From the NCBI GenBank assembly GCA_965203805.1, contig OZ241917.1, forward strand, positions 3,200,001 through 3,264,000: 64,000 nucleotides of DNA. Reading direction: 5' to 3'. How positions within the stretch are numbered: the stretch's first letter is position 1; each line of letters begins with the position of its first letter. The position numbers and the translations under genes were made by a program. Source of the stretch: Candidatus Latescibacterota bacterium (GTDB taxonomy: Bacteria; Latescibacterota; UBA2968; GCA-2709665). Shown in pieces: positions 1 through 8,878 of the stretch. The notes under the pieces were generated by a model. That model ran no database searches, was not told the origin of the DNA, and saw only the letters and a program-made list of their open reading frames with translations.

Positions 1-2
1 GA

Positions 3-668
3 GCGACCCTCATCAGTCGGACCGACCCCGCGGACCCCGCATACAGAATTCACCACGAGCTGGGCCTTCTTGCGGCGGCTGAACTGGGGACGTGGTGTGT
101 ACGTCACGACATCCCGGCCATTTACATTGCCCAGGACGGCGTCGAAAACCGCCGCGAACTGGACGGAATCAGCCATTCAATTGTACGACGCCACGAAATC
201 CGCCGCCAGTGCCCTTACCCGAAATTCAGCGCCGAACCCGCCGCCCATTACGGATACGGGATTCGAGCGTGCTGCGCGGCCGTCGCTCCCGGCGATCGCT
301 ATCCGGACCTGATGGTCCAGAGACAGATCGTCCATCATCTGAACACCGGGGGCCCGCTTTACACGGTCGATGAACTTAACCTCGTCCGCTACCGGGCGCA
401 GGAAGAACACGCGCACCATGTCAGCCTTCGCTCCCGCCACGAACGTCGCCTCATCCTGAACCGGCTTGCCGCATCCGCGGACCGCACGCTTTCCGCTGTC
501 GTGCTCCATCCCCGGCGCGACGGCGCGCTGGTTGAACTTACGGAATATCCTGTCAAAACCCTGATCCAAGCGCCGCGACCCGTAAACCCGGGCGACGTCC
601 TTCAGCTTCGGGTCAACGGCATTGACCGCTGGCGCTGCGACCCCCATTTTCTTGTATTGCAGACATAG
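3..668 (+). CDS. RNB-domain (RNase II/R-like) protein, C-terminal part, runs off the window start; divergent motif
   Basis: Frame is open from position 3 into the 312..668 ORF. HYGYG...APGDRYPDLMVQRQI corresponds to the RNB motif H-x-G-L-G...TSPIRRYxDLxxHRQI, followed by an S1-like tail. Confidence 0.65.
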   Translation, partial: ATLISRTDPADPAYRIHHELGLLAAAELGTWCVRHDIPAIYIAQDGVENRRELDGISHSIVRRHEIRRQCPYPKFSAEPAAHYGYGIRACCAAVAPGDRYPDLMVQRQIVHHLNTGGPLYTVDELNLVRYRAQEEHAHHVSLRSRHERRLILNRLAASADRTLSAVVLHPRRDGALVELTEYPVKTLIQAPRPVNPGDVLQLRVNGIDRWRCDPHFLVLQT

Positions 669-708
669 CGGAAAGCGCGAGCGAGTGACGGACAAAGAGG
701 AGACCCGA

Positions 709-2274
709 ATGAACGAAGACTCGGCATTGATCGCACATTGGAGACTGGACGGAGACTGCCGGGACCATGCAGGCGCCAACCACGGCGAGAATCACGGCGT
801 GACGTTTTCCCCTGACGGCGCCGGGTTCAACGGCCGCGGCGCCCACGTCCTGGTGCCCTCCGCCCGATCGCTGGAACTCGGCAAGGGTGACTTTTCCATA
901 TCGGTCCACGCGCATACGGACGAAATCCTCGACGATGTGCCGGGGGACATCCTGAGCAAATACGACCCGGACGCACGGACGGGCTTCAACTTCGGTCTCG
1001 CGAACAACGCGGGCGTCACCGCTGCCCAGGCGAACTATCGCCACCTTCATTTCGGGATCGACAGCGGTCACGTCGGCGAATGGATCGACTGCGGGCGCCC
1101 CGGAAACAACCTGCGCGTCTACTCCCTGTGCGTTTTCGACGGTGATCTGTACGCCGGAACGTTCGAAACCGGCGCGGACGAGTCGGGAGGCGTCTATCGG
1201 TACGACGGAGACTCGGGATGGATCGACTGCGGGCACCCGGACAGGTGCAATACCATGGCGTCGCTGTGCGTATTCAACGGAACCCTCTACGCGGGTTCCT
1301 CCCGCTACAAGGCCGGCGGGTCCGCCCTTCCGGAATCCGAGAACCTGAACCCGGGAGGAAATATGTTCAGGTACGAGGGCGGCTCCGACTGGACGCCCAT
1401 CGGCCACCTGGAAGGCGCGGATTCCTGTGCAGGCATGGCCGTTTACCGGGGCGAACTCTATGCCATCCCCCTCTACAGCCAGGGCGTATTCCGCTACGAC
1501 GGCGATGACGTCTGGAGCCACTGCGGCACCCCCGGGCGGCGGATGATGTCCCTGGGGGTGTTCAACGGCGACTTATACGGCGCAGGGAACGAAGGAGGAG
1601 GTGCCGGCGGCGTCTTCCGCTACGACGGCGGAACCGGTTGGGTCCACGCCGGCGGTCAGGAGGGCGTGACCCAGGTCTATTCCTTCGCCGCCCACAACGG
1701 CAGACTCCACGTGGGCACCTGGCCGGAGGGCAAGGTCTTCAGGGACGACGGCAACGATCCGTGGACCTGCGCCGGGCGACTTGGCGAGGAAATGGAAGTC
1801 ATGGCGATGGCCGTGTACAATGGAAAACTCTACGCCGGCACCCTGCCCCTGGGCCAGGTGTATCGTTACGACGGAGGCGACACGTGGACCCTGACGGGCC
1901 AGCTCGACACGACTCCGGACGTCAGATACCGGCGCGTCTGGTCCATGGCCGTCTACCGGGGAAGACTGTTCGGAGGCACGTTGCCCTCCGGACGCGTCTA
2001 CGCGCTGGAGGCCGGCGCAAACCTGAGCTACGATCACGAACTGGCGCCCGGATGGCGGCATCTCGCGGCCGTCCGGCAAGGCAGCCGCCTCCTCCTCTAC
2101 GTGGACGGAGAGCAGGTCTCCAACTCGACGACCTTCGACCCCAGGCAATTCGACCTCACGAACGAAATGCCTCTAAGGATCGGCGCCGGCGCGGTCGACA
2201 CCTTCAACGGGCGGCTCAGGGACCTTCGTCTCTATGGACGCGCGCTCACCGCGGCGGAGATTGCGAATCTGTAA
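709..2274 (+). CDS. LamG-like jellyroll protein with inserted beta-propeller repeats
   Basis: ATG at 709 after GAGGAG. N-terminal LIAHWRLDG...DFSISV and C-terminal WRHLAAVR...LYVDG...LRLYGRALTAAEI are LamG-like. Between them are about 7 repeats of (S/A)(L/M)xV(F/Y)xGxLYAG...G(V)(Y/F)RYDG...W. Confidence 0.8.
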   Translation: MNEDSALIAHWRLDGDCRDHAGANHGENHGVTFSPDGAGFNGRGAHVLVPSARSLELGKGDFSISVHAHTDEILDDVPGDILSKYDPDARTGFNFGLANNAGVTAAQANYRHLHFGIDSGHVGEWIDCGRPGNNLRVYSLCVFDGDLYAGTFETGADESGGVYRYDGDSGWIDCGHPDRCNTMASLCVFNGTLYAGSSRYKAGGSALPESENLNPGGNMFRYEGGSDWTPIGHLEGADSCAGMAVYRGELYAIPLYSQGVFRYDGDDVWSHCGTPGRRMMSLGVFNGDLYGAGNEGGGAGGVFRYDGGTGWVHAGGQEGVTQVYSFAAHNGRLHVGTWPEGKVFRDDGNDPWTCAGRLGEEMEVMAMAVYNGKLYAGTLPLGQVYRYDGGDTWTLTGQLDTTPDVRYRRVWSMAVYRGRLFGGTLPSGRVYALEAGANLSYDHELAPGWRHLAAVRQGSRLLLYVDGEQVSNSTTFDPRQFDLTNEMPLRIGAGAVDTFNGRLRDLRLYGRALTAAEIANL

Positions 2275-2370
2275 GTACCGCGGTTGGAAATTGCGGCCGG
2301 CATTCGTGCGGTCCGCCGAAGCGACAGGCGTGGAACCCGCGTACCAGCCGAAACCTCCGGGAGAACAGTC

Positions 2371-3696
2371 ATGTTAAGAGCAGGCGCATCCAGGGTCAAC
2401 ATCACCCCGTTTCTGGGCGGACCGATGGCCGGTTACGGGGCGCGCGACCGGGGCAGCGAGAGTATCCACGACGAACTGCATGCGAAGGCCCTGGTGCTGG
2501 ATGACGGAAGCACCAGAGTCGCGTTGATTACCACCGACCTCATCGGTATCGAACGGGAATTCGCCGAGCGCGTCCGCGGGCTCGTCGAGGAGCGGGCAGG
2601 CATTCCTCCGGACGGGGTCTGGATGTGCGGGTCCCACACCCATTTCGGGCCGGCCGTCAGCACGCGCCGGAAGGACGGGGACGATGCGGACGCATTTGAC
2701 AGGTCTTACGCGGAGGTGTTGGCCGCGAAACTGTCCACGGCCGTACAGCTCGCGCACAACCGGCTTCGCCCCGCCCGGCTCGGCGCCGGCGGCGCCCTCG
2801 CGGAAGGCATCAGCTACAACCGCCGGCTCATCCGGCACGACGGCAAGGTGGAAATGAGCCTCACCCTGCCGCCGCCTTACGAGGGTCTGAAGTTCGGTCC
2901 TGTCGACACGGAAGCGGGCCTGCTGAAAATAGAAGGCGACGACGACGGCGAGTCCATCGCATCCCTCGTCAACTTCGCCTGCCATCCCGTCTCCAGCACC
3001 GACCGTATGTATGAATTCACCGCCGACTATCCGGGTTACGCCATGGACCTGATCGAGTCCGTGGAAGGCGGCATCTGTCTCTTCGCCCTCGGGTGCGCGG
3101 GCAATATCGTTCCCATCCAGCGGCAGGGCCGTTCCAAACGCCAGGTCGGCCTGTCTCTCGGGGGTTGCGCGCTGAACGCGCTCCAGTGGATTCGGACAAC
3201 CGGCCAGGTCCGCATCCGTGCCGCCAGAAAGTCGATCGAACTGCCCCTGCGCAGATTTCCCACGCCCGCGCGAATGGAGCGGCAGATTGCCGAAGCGGAA
3301 GCCGCGCTCGCCGTCGCGCGTGAACGGAAAGCGCCGTCGCGCGAGATCACTGAACGCAGGGAGGCCCTGGGCCTTGCCAGAAGTCTGCCTCAATGGGCCG
3401 AACGATTCGACAGGCGGAAGACGCGAACCACGGAAATCCAGGTGTTCTGGCTTGGCGACGTTCCGTTGATCGGGCTGCCGGGCGAAGTCTTCGTTGAACT
3501 CGGACTCCGGATCAAGAAAGCCCTGGATGCCGATCCGGTCCTGGTTGTGAGTCTCAGCAACGACAGCGCCGGGTACATTCCGGTCCGGCGGGCGTACCGG
3601 GAAGGCGGCTACGAATCCCGCGTGTCGCCTTACGCCCCCGGCTGCGGCGAGCACCTCGTGAAGGAAGCGCTGGCTCTCGCCGAATCGATTCGATAG
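2371..3696 (+). CDS. Neutral/alkaline ceramidase-like metallo-amidohydrolase
   Basis: LRAGASRVNITP start, HDELHAKALVL, SHTHFGP, NFACHP, LPGEVFVELG and GGYE motifs. Confidence 0.8.
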   Translation: MLRAGASRVNITPFLGGPMAGYGARDRGSESIHDELHAKALVLDDGSTRVALITTDLIGIEREFAERVRGLVEERAGIPPDGVWMCGSHTHFGPAVSTRRKDGDDADAFDRSYAEVLAAKLSTAVQLAHNRLRPARLGAGGALAEGISYNRRLIRHDGKVEMSLTLPPPYEGLKFGPVDTEAGLLKIEGDDDGESIASLVNFACHPVSSTDRMYEFTADYPGYAMDLIESVEGGICLFALGCAGNIVPIQRQGRSKRQVGLSLGGCALNALQWIRTTGQVRIRAARKSIELPLRRFPTPARMERQIAEAEAALAVARERKAPSREITERREALGLARSLPQWAERFDRRKTRTTEIQVFWLGDVPLIGLPGEVFVELGLRIKKALDADPVLVVSLSNDSAGYIPVRRAYREGGYESRVSPYAPGCGEHLVKEALALAESIR

Positions 3697-3760
3697 CTCT
3701 CAAAGGGCAGGCAATCACCAACCCGCGCCACCGGGCGGGGCGCAGAACAGGACAACGCTT

Positions 3761-5074
3761 ATGTCGATCGTCACATCTCTGTTTCTCTTCGTAGTCGTCC
3801 TGATCGTAACGAGAACCCGTGCGGAGGCCGCCGAAGTCACCCTTTCGGCGGGCGCGGCCCGAACCGACGTCACGCCCGACCCCGCGATGCCCAACTGGGT
3901 GGACGGCAGCCCCTATGACGGCGTTCTGGACCCGCTCGCGCTGCGGGGACTCGTACTATCGGACGGCTCCACGGAATTCGCACTGATCTGCTGGGACCTC
4001 ATCGACGCGACGGAGGAGTGTGTGATCGACGTGCGCCGGGCCGTCCACGGCGCAACGGGCATCCCGGAACCCCACGTCCTCGTGGCCGCCTCGCACACCC
4101 ACTCTTCGCCCCGGTCTCCGTTCGCCGCGTCCACGTTTCCCGGCCGCCGGAGCGCAGTTCTGAGAGCGATTCTGGACGATCCCGTTTTCCGGGCATGGAG
4201 CGAACGGCTGCCGGGACAATGCGCCGACGTCCTCAAACAGGCTCAGGACCGCCGGCAACCCGTCACCCTGAACATCGGACGCGCGAATGCCTCGGAATGG
4301 CTGTTCAACCGGAGGCCCCTCGATCCCGACGGCAACGTCGTTACCATGTTTCGGCCCAGGGATCCGCACGCGTTGCCGGACGGCCTGCGTTTCGGAACGC
4401 TGGACCCCACCCTGACCGTCCTCTCCCTTCAGAACGCCTCGGGCGCAAACGTCGCCACCCTTTACAGCGTTCCCTGCCACCCCGTCTCCATCTATCCCCA
4501 CCACCGCGGCGTCTCGGCGGACTGGCCCGGGCCGGCCAACGAGCGGGTCTCGGAAGCCCTGGGCGGCGAGACCTTCTTCCTGCAGGGTTGCGCGGGCGAC
4601 GTCGTTCCCGTCATGCGAGGGGAAGAGTCGCGCGCGGAAATGGCCCGTTTCTTCGCGGAACGGGCCATCGCGGCGGCCCAGAGTTCCCACTCCCTGCCGT
4701 CGTCGCCGCTGAAAACCGCAACCTGTGTCGCCGGCCTGCCGCTCACCCTCGACGCGAGAAAGCAAGCCGGCGCCGACGTCCGGCCGGTCGAGATTCAGGT
4801 GGTCGTCTGCGGACCCTTCGGCCTGGCCGTGATTCCCGGAGAACCCCTCAACGGGCTCGCGCGTGAGATACAGGCGCGTTCACCCCTGCCCCACACGCTT
4901 GTCATGGGATACGCCAATGGGCGCGGCGTGAGCTACGTGGGACTTCCCGGAGAAAAAGCCAGGGGCGGATACGAAGCAGGGGCGGGGCAGGGTACCGAAG
5001 AAGCCGGCGACTTTATGATCCGGACCGCCGTTCGGCTTCTGCAGGAAACGGTTGACGGCACTTCAGAGGGTTAA
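3761..5074 (+). CDS. Second ceramidase-like amidohydrolase, with signal peptide
   Basis: Hydrophobic N-terminus ending AEA. AGAARTDVTP, SHTHSSP, CHP, PGE and RGGYE motifs; paralogous to the upstream gene. Confidence 0.8.
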   Translation: MSIVTSLFLFVVVLIVTRTRAEAAEVTLSAGAARTDVTPDPAMPNWVDGSPYDGVLDPLALRGLVLSDGSTEFALICWDLIDATEECVIDVRRAVHGATGIPEPHVLVAASHTHSSPRSPFAASTFPGRRSAVLRAILDDPVFRAWSERLPGQCADVLKQAQDRRQPVTLNIGRANASEWLFNRRPLDPDGNVVTMFRPRDPHALPDGLRFGTLDPTLTVLSLQNASGANVATLYSVPCHPVSIYPHHRGVSADWPGPANERVSEALGGETFFLQGCAGDVVPVMRGEESRAEMARFFAERAIAAAQSSHSLPSSPLKTATCVAGLPLTLDARKQAGADVRPVEIQVVVCGPFGLAVIPGEPLNGLAREIQARSPLPHTLVMGYANGRGVSYVGLPGEKARGGYEAGAGQGTEEAGDFMIRTAVRLLQETVDGTSEG

Positions 5075-6026
5075 ACGACGAACTCCCAGAGATGGCGTCG
5101 ATCATCTCCATCGTCTTCACCGCATCGTCCATACTGCAGGCCGGGAACGGAAGTGCGCCTCCATTCCCGACCCATCTCAAGAACGTGCGATCCTGCTGAT
5201 AGAATCCTGGCTTGTACCGGCGATCAAAGTCATCCCCTTCGACGTTCTCAGGCTGTACATCCCTGCGTTTGATCGTTGCGGACTGCCCCGGAGCGGACGT
5301 GAAGGTAACCCCGTTGCCACGCACTTCCACACGGTGCCCTCCCGGAGCGAACCAGTCCATAGAGGCACGCCCGACAGCCCCGCCCGCGAAGGTCAACAGC
5401 GCCGAACAGCAGTCCGGCATGGGACCTTCCACCGTGTGGTGCATCGGCTGGACGCTCGCCACGTCACCTCCGAAGAATCGCAACAGGTCCAGGGCGTGGA
5501 TGCCGTTTGCTACGCTCCAGCGTTTCAGGACCTCTTCCGGAAATTTCGGGTTTACCCGGACCCGCTGGATATCTTCGTGGGCGTCAACAGTGACACTCTG
5601 AACCGGCCCGGATTCGAGGATCAGCTCCCTGCCCTTGAGAAGCGTGGAATAGAACCGGCGATTTACACCCACCATCGCCGGCGTATCCGCCGCTCGCGCC
5701 AGATCGGCCAACGCACGGGTCTGGGACGTATAGAGGCCGGGAGGCTTTTCCAGAAAGGTCGGGATACCGGACCGAATGAAGTCTGCGGCGACCGCCGCGA
5801 CCTGGAGAACACTCACGAGAACGAAGACGGCGTCGGGCCGATCCCCTTCCAGAAGGCTCTCGTGCGAGTTCAGGCGATTCGGCACGCCGAACCGCGCTCC
5901 AGTCTCTTCCAGAACGCGGAGGTTGGTGTCCACAAGCGTCGTTACACGCCCCTCGCGAAGGTCGGTGAGTACTTCCAGGTGCCTCCGGGCGATGTTTCCC
6001 GCTCCGATGACCGCAATGTTCAGCAT
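5013..6026 (-). CDS. Gfo/Idh/MocA family oxidoreductase
   Basis: IAVIGAGNIA Rossmann motif, EKP, NRRF, GIHALD. Confidence 0.9.
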   Translation of the reverse strand: MLNIAVIGAGNIARRHLEVLTDLREGRVTTLVDTNLRVLEETGARFGVPNRLNSHESLLEGDRPDAVFVLVSVLQVAAVAADFIRSGIPTFLEKPPGLYTSQTRALADLARAADTPAMVGVNRRFYSTLLKGRELILESGPVQSVTVDAHEDIQRVRVNPKFPEEVLKRWSVANGIHALDLLRFFGGDVASVQPMHHTVEGPMPDCCSALLTFAGGAVGRASMDWFAPGGHRVEVRGNGVTFTSAPGQSATIKRRDVQPENVEGDDFDRRYKPGFYQQDRTFLRWVGNGGALPFPACSMDDAVKTMEMIDAISGSSSFNPLKCRQPFPAEAERRSGS

Positions 6027-6093
6027 CTGGTCCTGTTTCCTGTTAACATTGCATTCTATGATGCACTGTTTAGGTGACCACCGGTCGCTTTGA

Positions 6094-6228
6094 GGCGGTG
6101 AGACGGGAGACGTGAGTCACGGGAGAAGAAGCCCTTGCCCGATGTTTTATCCTTTCTTGCCACCGGCACCAGAAGAAACCTCGCAAGGCAGGTAATCTCT
6201 AACCTCTACCCTCTCCCGTCTCCCCGCC
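6094..6228. repeat. Dispersed long-hairpin element with 7-nt periodic arms (family H), copy 1
   Basis: GGCGGTGAGACGGGAGACG...TTGCCCGA...GGCAGGTAATCTCT...TCTCCCGTCTCCCCGCC; related copies start at 41725, 45041, 50081, 60317 and 61023. Confidence 0.75.
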
Positions 6229-6230
6229 GT

Positions 6231-6389
6231 TTATTCCTCTTCATCCTCAATTCGATGCTGTCGATCGATGGATTCGAAAAGGGATCTGACGTCGAAGAAT
6301 CCGCCGATGCCCACGACAACGGTGACCACCGCGAAGACAAGCAGTCCGAGAACGAGCACCGCGCCCCAGAAAGGAATCCAGAATGCCAT
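6231..6389 (-). CDS. 52-aa small membrane protein, probably co-transcribed with the symporter (absent from ORF track)
   Basis: MAFWIPFWGAVLVLGLLVFAVVTVVVGIGGFFDVRSLFESIDRQHRIEDEEE. ATG is 3 nt after the symporter stop, preceded by GAGGAGG. Confidence 0.75.
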   Translation of the reverse strand: MAFWIPFWGAVLVLGLLVFAVVTVVVGIGGFFDVRSLFESIDRQHRIEDEEE

Positions 6390-6392
6390 GGA

Positions 6393-7940
6393 TCAGGCCT
6401 CCTCTTCGCTGCGTGCGTGGTCGGGGAACAGGAGCGAGCCGAGAACCATCAGGACCAGCGCCAGCACGGTCGCGCCGAGGCCGATGTGCGCGCCTGTGAA
6501 CGCGTCCAGACCCAGGGCCCGCTTGACGGGCGTCAAACCGGCGACGGCGGCGGCGCCCGCGACAAGCGCGAGGTATGCGCCGGCGGTACTGGCGCGTTTC
6601 CAGTAGATCCCCGTGAGGAGCAGGGCGAACGCGCCGGTGAAGTAGATCGCGCCGCTCACCAGCATATAGTCCCAGAGGTCCTGGCCGAGCTCGTACCACA
6701 ACCCCCACACGAGCAGAAAAGCGCCGATGACAAAGATGAAGATCCGGGACAGCGTCAGGCGGGCGCGGGTGGAAAGGGTATCGCCGGTGGCGGGGGCGAC
6801 CACGTCGTGGGTAAGGACCGACGACCAGCAAAGCAGATAGCTGTCGTGGGTGGACATGAAAGCCGCCAGCAGTCCCGCCCCGATAAGGCCGATGAGACCG
6901 GCGGGGAGGATCTGGCTGAGAAACACGGGCATGGCCAGAAGGGTGAGGTCCGCATTCCCCGTGGGGCCGCCGCCTGGAGAGCAGAAAATCCCGCGGGTCA
7001 TCTCGTCCTGGTAGAGATAGACAAGAGCGCAGATGCCCAGAAACTGGGGCACCATGAACCGTATCAGAAAACCGATGGAGGACCAGGCGTAGAGTTTCTT
7101 CACCACGGACGCGCTCTCAGCGGCGCAGGCCCTCATCACCGCGGTCTGCCACACGGCGCAGGAGACGATCCCGGCGGTGAAGATCATCCAGACGACGTAC
7201 GACGGACCGAACCCTCCGCCCTCGTGGAGCGGATTGAACCCGGGCTCCCCGTGTATCGCCGCGACGGTGTCGACGATTGCCGACCATCCCAGCCTGTCCA
7301 CGGCGATCCCGCAGGTGAGAATGACACCCACGGAAAGCACGATAAACTGGACGTAATCGGTGATGACGACCGAAACCATCCCCCCGAGTATGGTATAGGC
7401 CAGAACCAGCAGGAGCATCACGGTCATGATCAGGGCGACCGCCGTGGGATTCGTGATCCCGGTCAGGCCGGCGACGAAGATCGCGCCCGCCTTGAGGAAC
7501 AGGCCCATGTTGAGGATGCCGGAAAGGGCGAGCAGCAGGCCGCCGAAGATACGGACGCCGCGGCTGAATCGCCTTTCGTAGAATTCGGGAATCGTCATCA
7601 CGCCCAGCTCGCGCAGCGGGACCACGATAAATCCGGTGAGGCCGACGATCAGGGTAACGATGCCGGCGATCAGGCCGATGTGAAAGGCCGCGAACCCGCC
7701 GGTGAATCCCTTCTGGGCGGAATACATGACGGTCACGAGCCCGAGTTCGCTGCCGATCATCGTGGCAACGGCCAGGTACGGTTTCAGCGAACGGCCGGCG
7801 ACAATGTAGTCGCTCATGTTGCGGATGTACCGGTTGGCATACAGGCCGATGGCGACGGTGCCCAGCATATACAGGCCGACTATCGCCCAGTCGACAGACC
7901 CGAAATTGGAACTGATGCCGGTCAGGAGATCGGCTGACAT
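6393..7940 (-). CDS. Sodium:solute symporter (SSS/SLC5) family transporter
   Basis: DYIVAGRSL, TIPEFYERRF, YTILGGMVSVVITDYVQ, GLLAAFMST; many transmembrane segments. Confidence 0.92.
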   Translation of the reverse strand: MSADLLTGISSNFGSVDWAIVGLYMLGTVAIGLYANRYIRNMSDYIVAGRSLKPYLAVATMIGSELGLVTVMYSAQKGFTGGFAAFHIGLIAGIVTLIVGLTGFIVVPLRELGVMTIPEFYERRFSRGVRIFGGLLLALSGILNMGLFLKAGAIFVAGLTGITNPTAVALIMTVMLLLVLAYTILGGMVSVVITDYVQFIVLSVGVILTCGIAVDRLGWSAIVDTVAAIHGEPGFNPLHEGGGFGPSYVVWMIFTAGIVSCAVWQTAVMRACAAESASVVKKLYAWSSIGFLIRFMVPQFLGICALVYLYQDEMTRGIFCSPGGGPTGNADLTLLAMPVFLSQILPAGLIGLIGAGLLAAFMSTHDSYLLCWSSVLTHDVVAPATGDTLSTRARLTLSRIFIFVIGAFLLVWGLWYELGQDLWDYMLVSGAIYFTGAFALLLTGIYWKRASTAGAYLALVAGAAAVAGLTPVKRALGLDAFTGAHIGLGATVLALVLMVLGSLLFPDHARSEEEA

Positions 7941-8029
7941 AAGCAATACTCAGGGGTAGCCGGAAAAGTACACCGCCCTGGGGTGCTTTTCTTACACCCA
8001 GGGTGGAGGATTCACGCAAACCCGCGGTT

Positions 8030-8082
8030 CTGTCATATAACCGGTTGTATTTCAATAAGTTCAGCGAAGTATTATACGACAG
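8030..8082. promoter_or_regulatory. Inverted repeat in the AT-rich region upstream of the symporter, candidate operator
   Basis: CTGTCATATAA (8030-8040) and TTATACGACAG (8072-8082) are complementary at 10/11 positions. Confidence 0.35.
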
Positions 8083-8247
8083 CATTTAAAGAAATACGGT
8101 ATATGGCTTGTCACGATGATATTGCGTGGTTAGAAGGGATTCGGAGTCATCGCCTTAGCGCGGTAGAGTGAGCATTTGTCCTGCCTTTGGTTTTTATCCT
8201 GTCTATCCTGTCCATCCATGTGAGTTTGGGCCTTTGAATTGGAGAGG

Positions 8248-8865
8248 CTAAGGCCAGGTGGGCCGCTCCATCGAGAAAGAACCGTCGACGCAAACGTAGT
8301 CCAGGTACCCGAGACGCCCAACGGGTCTCAATGCCACGGTGTCGACGCGGCCATCCTTTATTGCCCAATCCGCAATATGAATGCCGATCACCTGACCGAA
8401 TACAACCGTGTTCGGATCGTCGGGAACGTCGGTCGGCAGGTCCACGGTACGGGTGTGGATACATTCCAGATGGACCGGACTTTCCGCCACGCGGGGAGGT
8501 TTTACGAGTTCTGACGGCGCCTGCGTGACGCCCGCGTACTCGAATTCGTCGACGTGTCCGGGCGCGGGCACGGCAGTGGCGTTCATTTGAGTTCGAAGCG
8601 CCCAGGTGGCGAGGTTGACCACGAATTCGCCGGTTTCCCGGGCGTTCTTTATCGAATCCTTCAGCCCGCCATGGGTGTGCGCGGTCGTTGCGGCGAACAT
8701 GACCTGCGGGGGCTTGTAGGCCACCGCGTTGAAAAACGAATAAGGGGCCAGGTTGACCGTACCCCGTGCGTCGATGGATGAAATCCATCCGATCGGTCGC
8801 GGCACGACGATGGCGTTGAAGGGATCGCGGGGCAGGCCGTGGTCTTCAGACGTTCTGTAAAACAT
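8248..8865 (-). CDS. Flavin reductase family protein (DIM6/NTAB)
   Basis: VVPRPIGWISS, NLAPYSFFN, TGEFVVN, PPRVAESPVHLEC, GRLG. Confidence 0.92.
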   Translation of the reverse strand: MFYRTSEDHGLPRDPFNAIVVPRPIGWISSIDARGTVNLAPYSFFNAVAYKPPQVMFAATTAHTHGGLKDSIKNARETGEFVVNLATWALRTQMNATAVPAPGHVDEFEYAGVTQAPSELVKPPRVAESPVHLECIHTRTVDLPTDVPDDPNTVVFGQVIGIHIADWAIKDGRVDTVALRPVGRLGYLDYVCVDGSFSMERPTWP

Positions 8866-8878
8866 GCCCGGGATCTCC

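Noticed and set aside
5013-5074. 62-bp overlap between convergent genes
   Set aside because: The overlapping tails are non-conserved extensions; such overlaps are common and no function is evident.
6135-7937. Long ORFs antisense to real genes (also 8864-10135, 12264-13769, 15720-17513, 50631-52136, 55837-57876)
   Set aside because: Shadow frames expected in GC-rich DNA; no motifs, and the opposite strand carries recognisable proteins.
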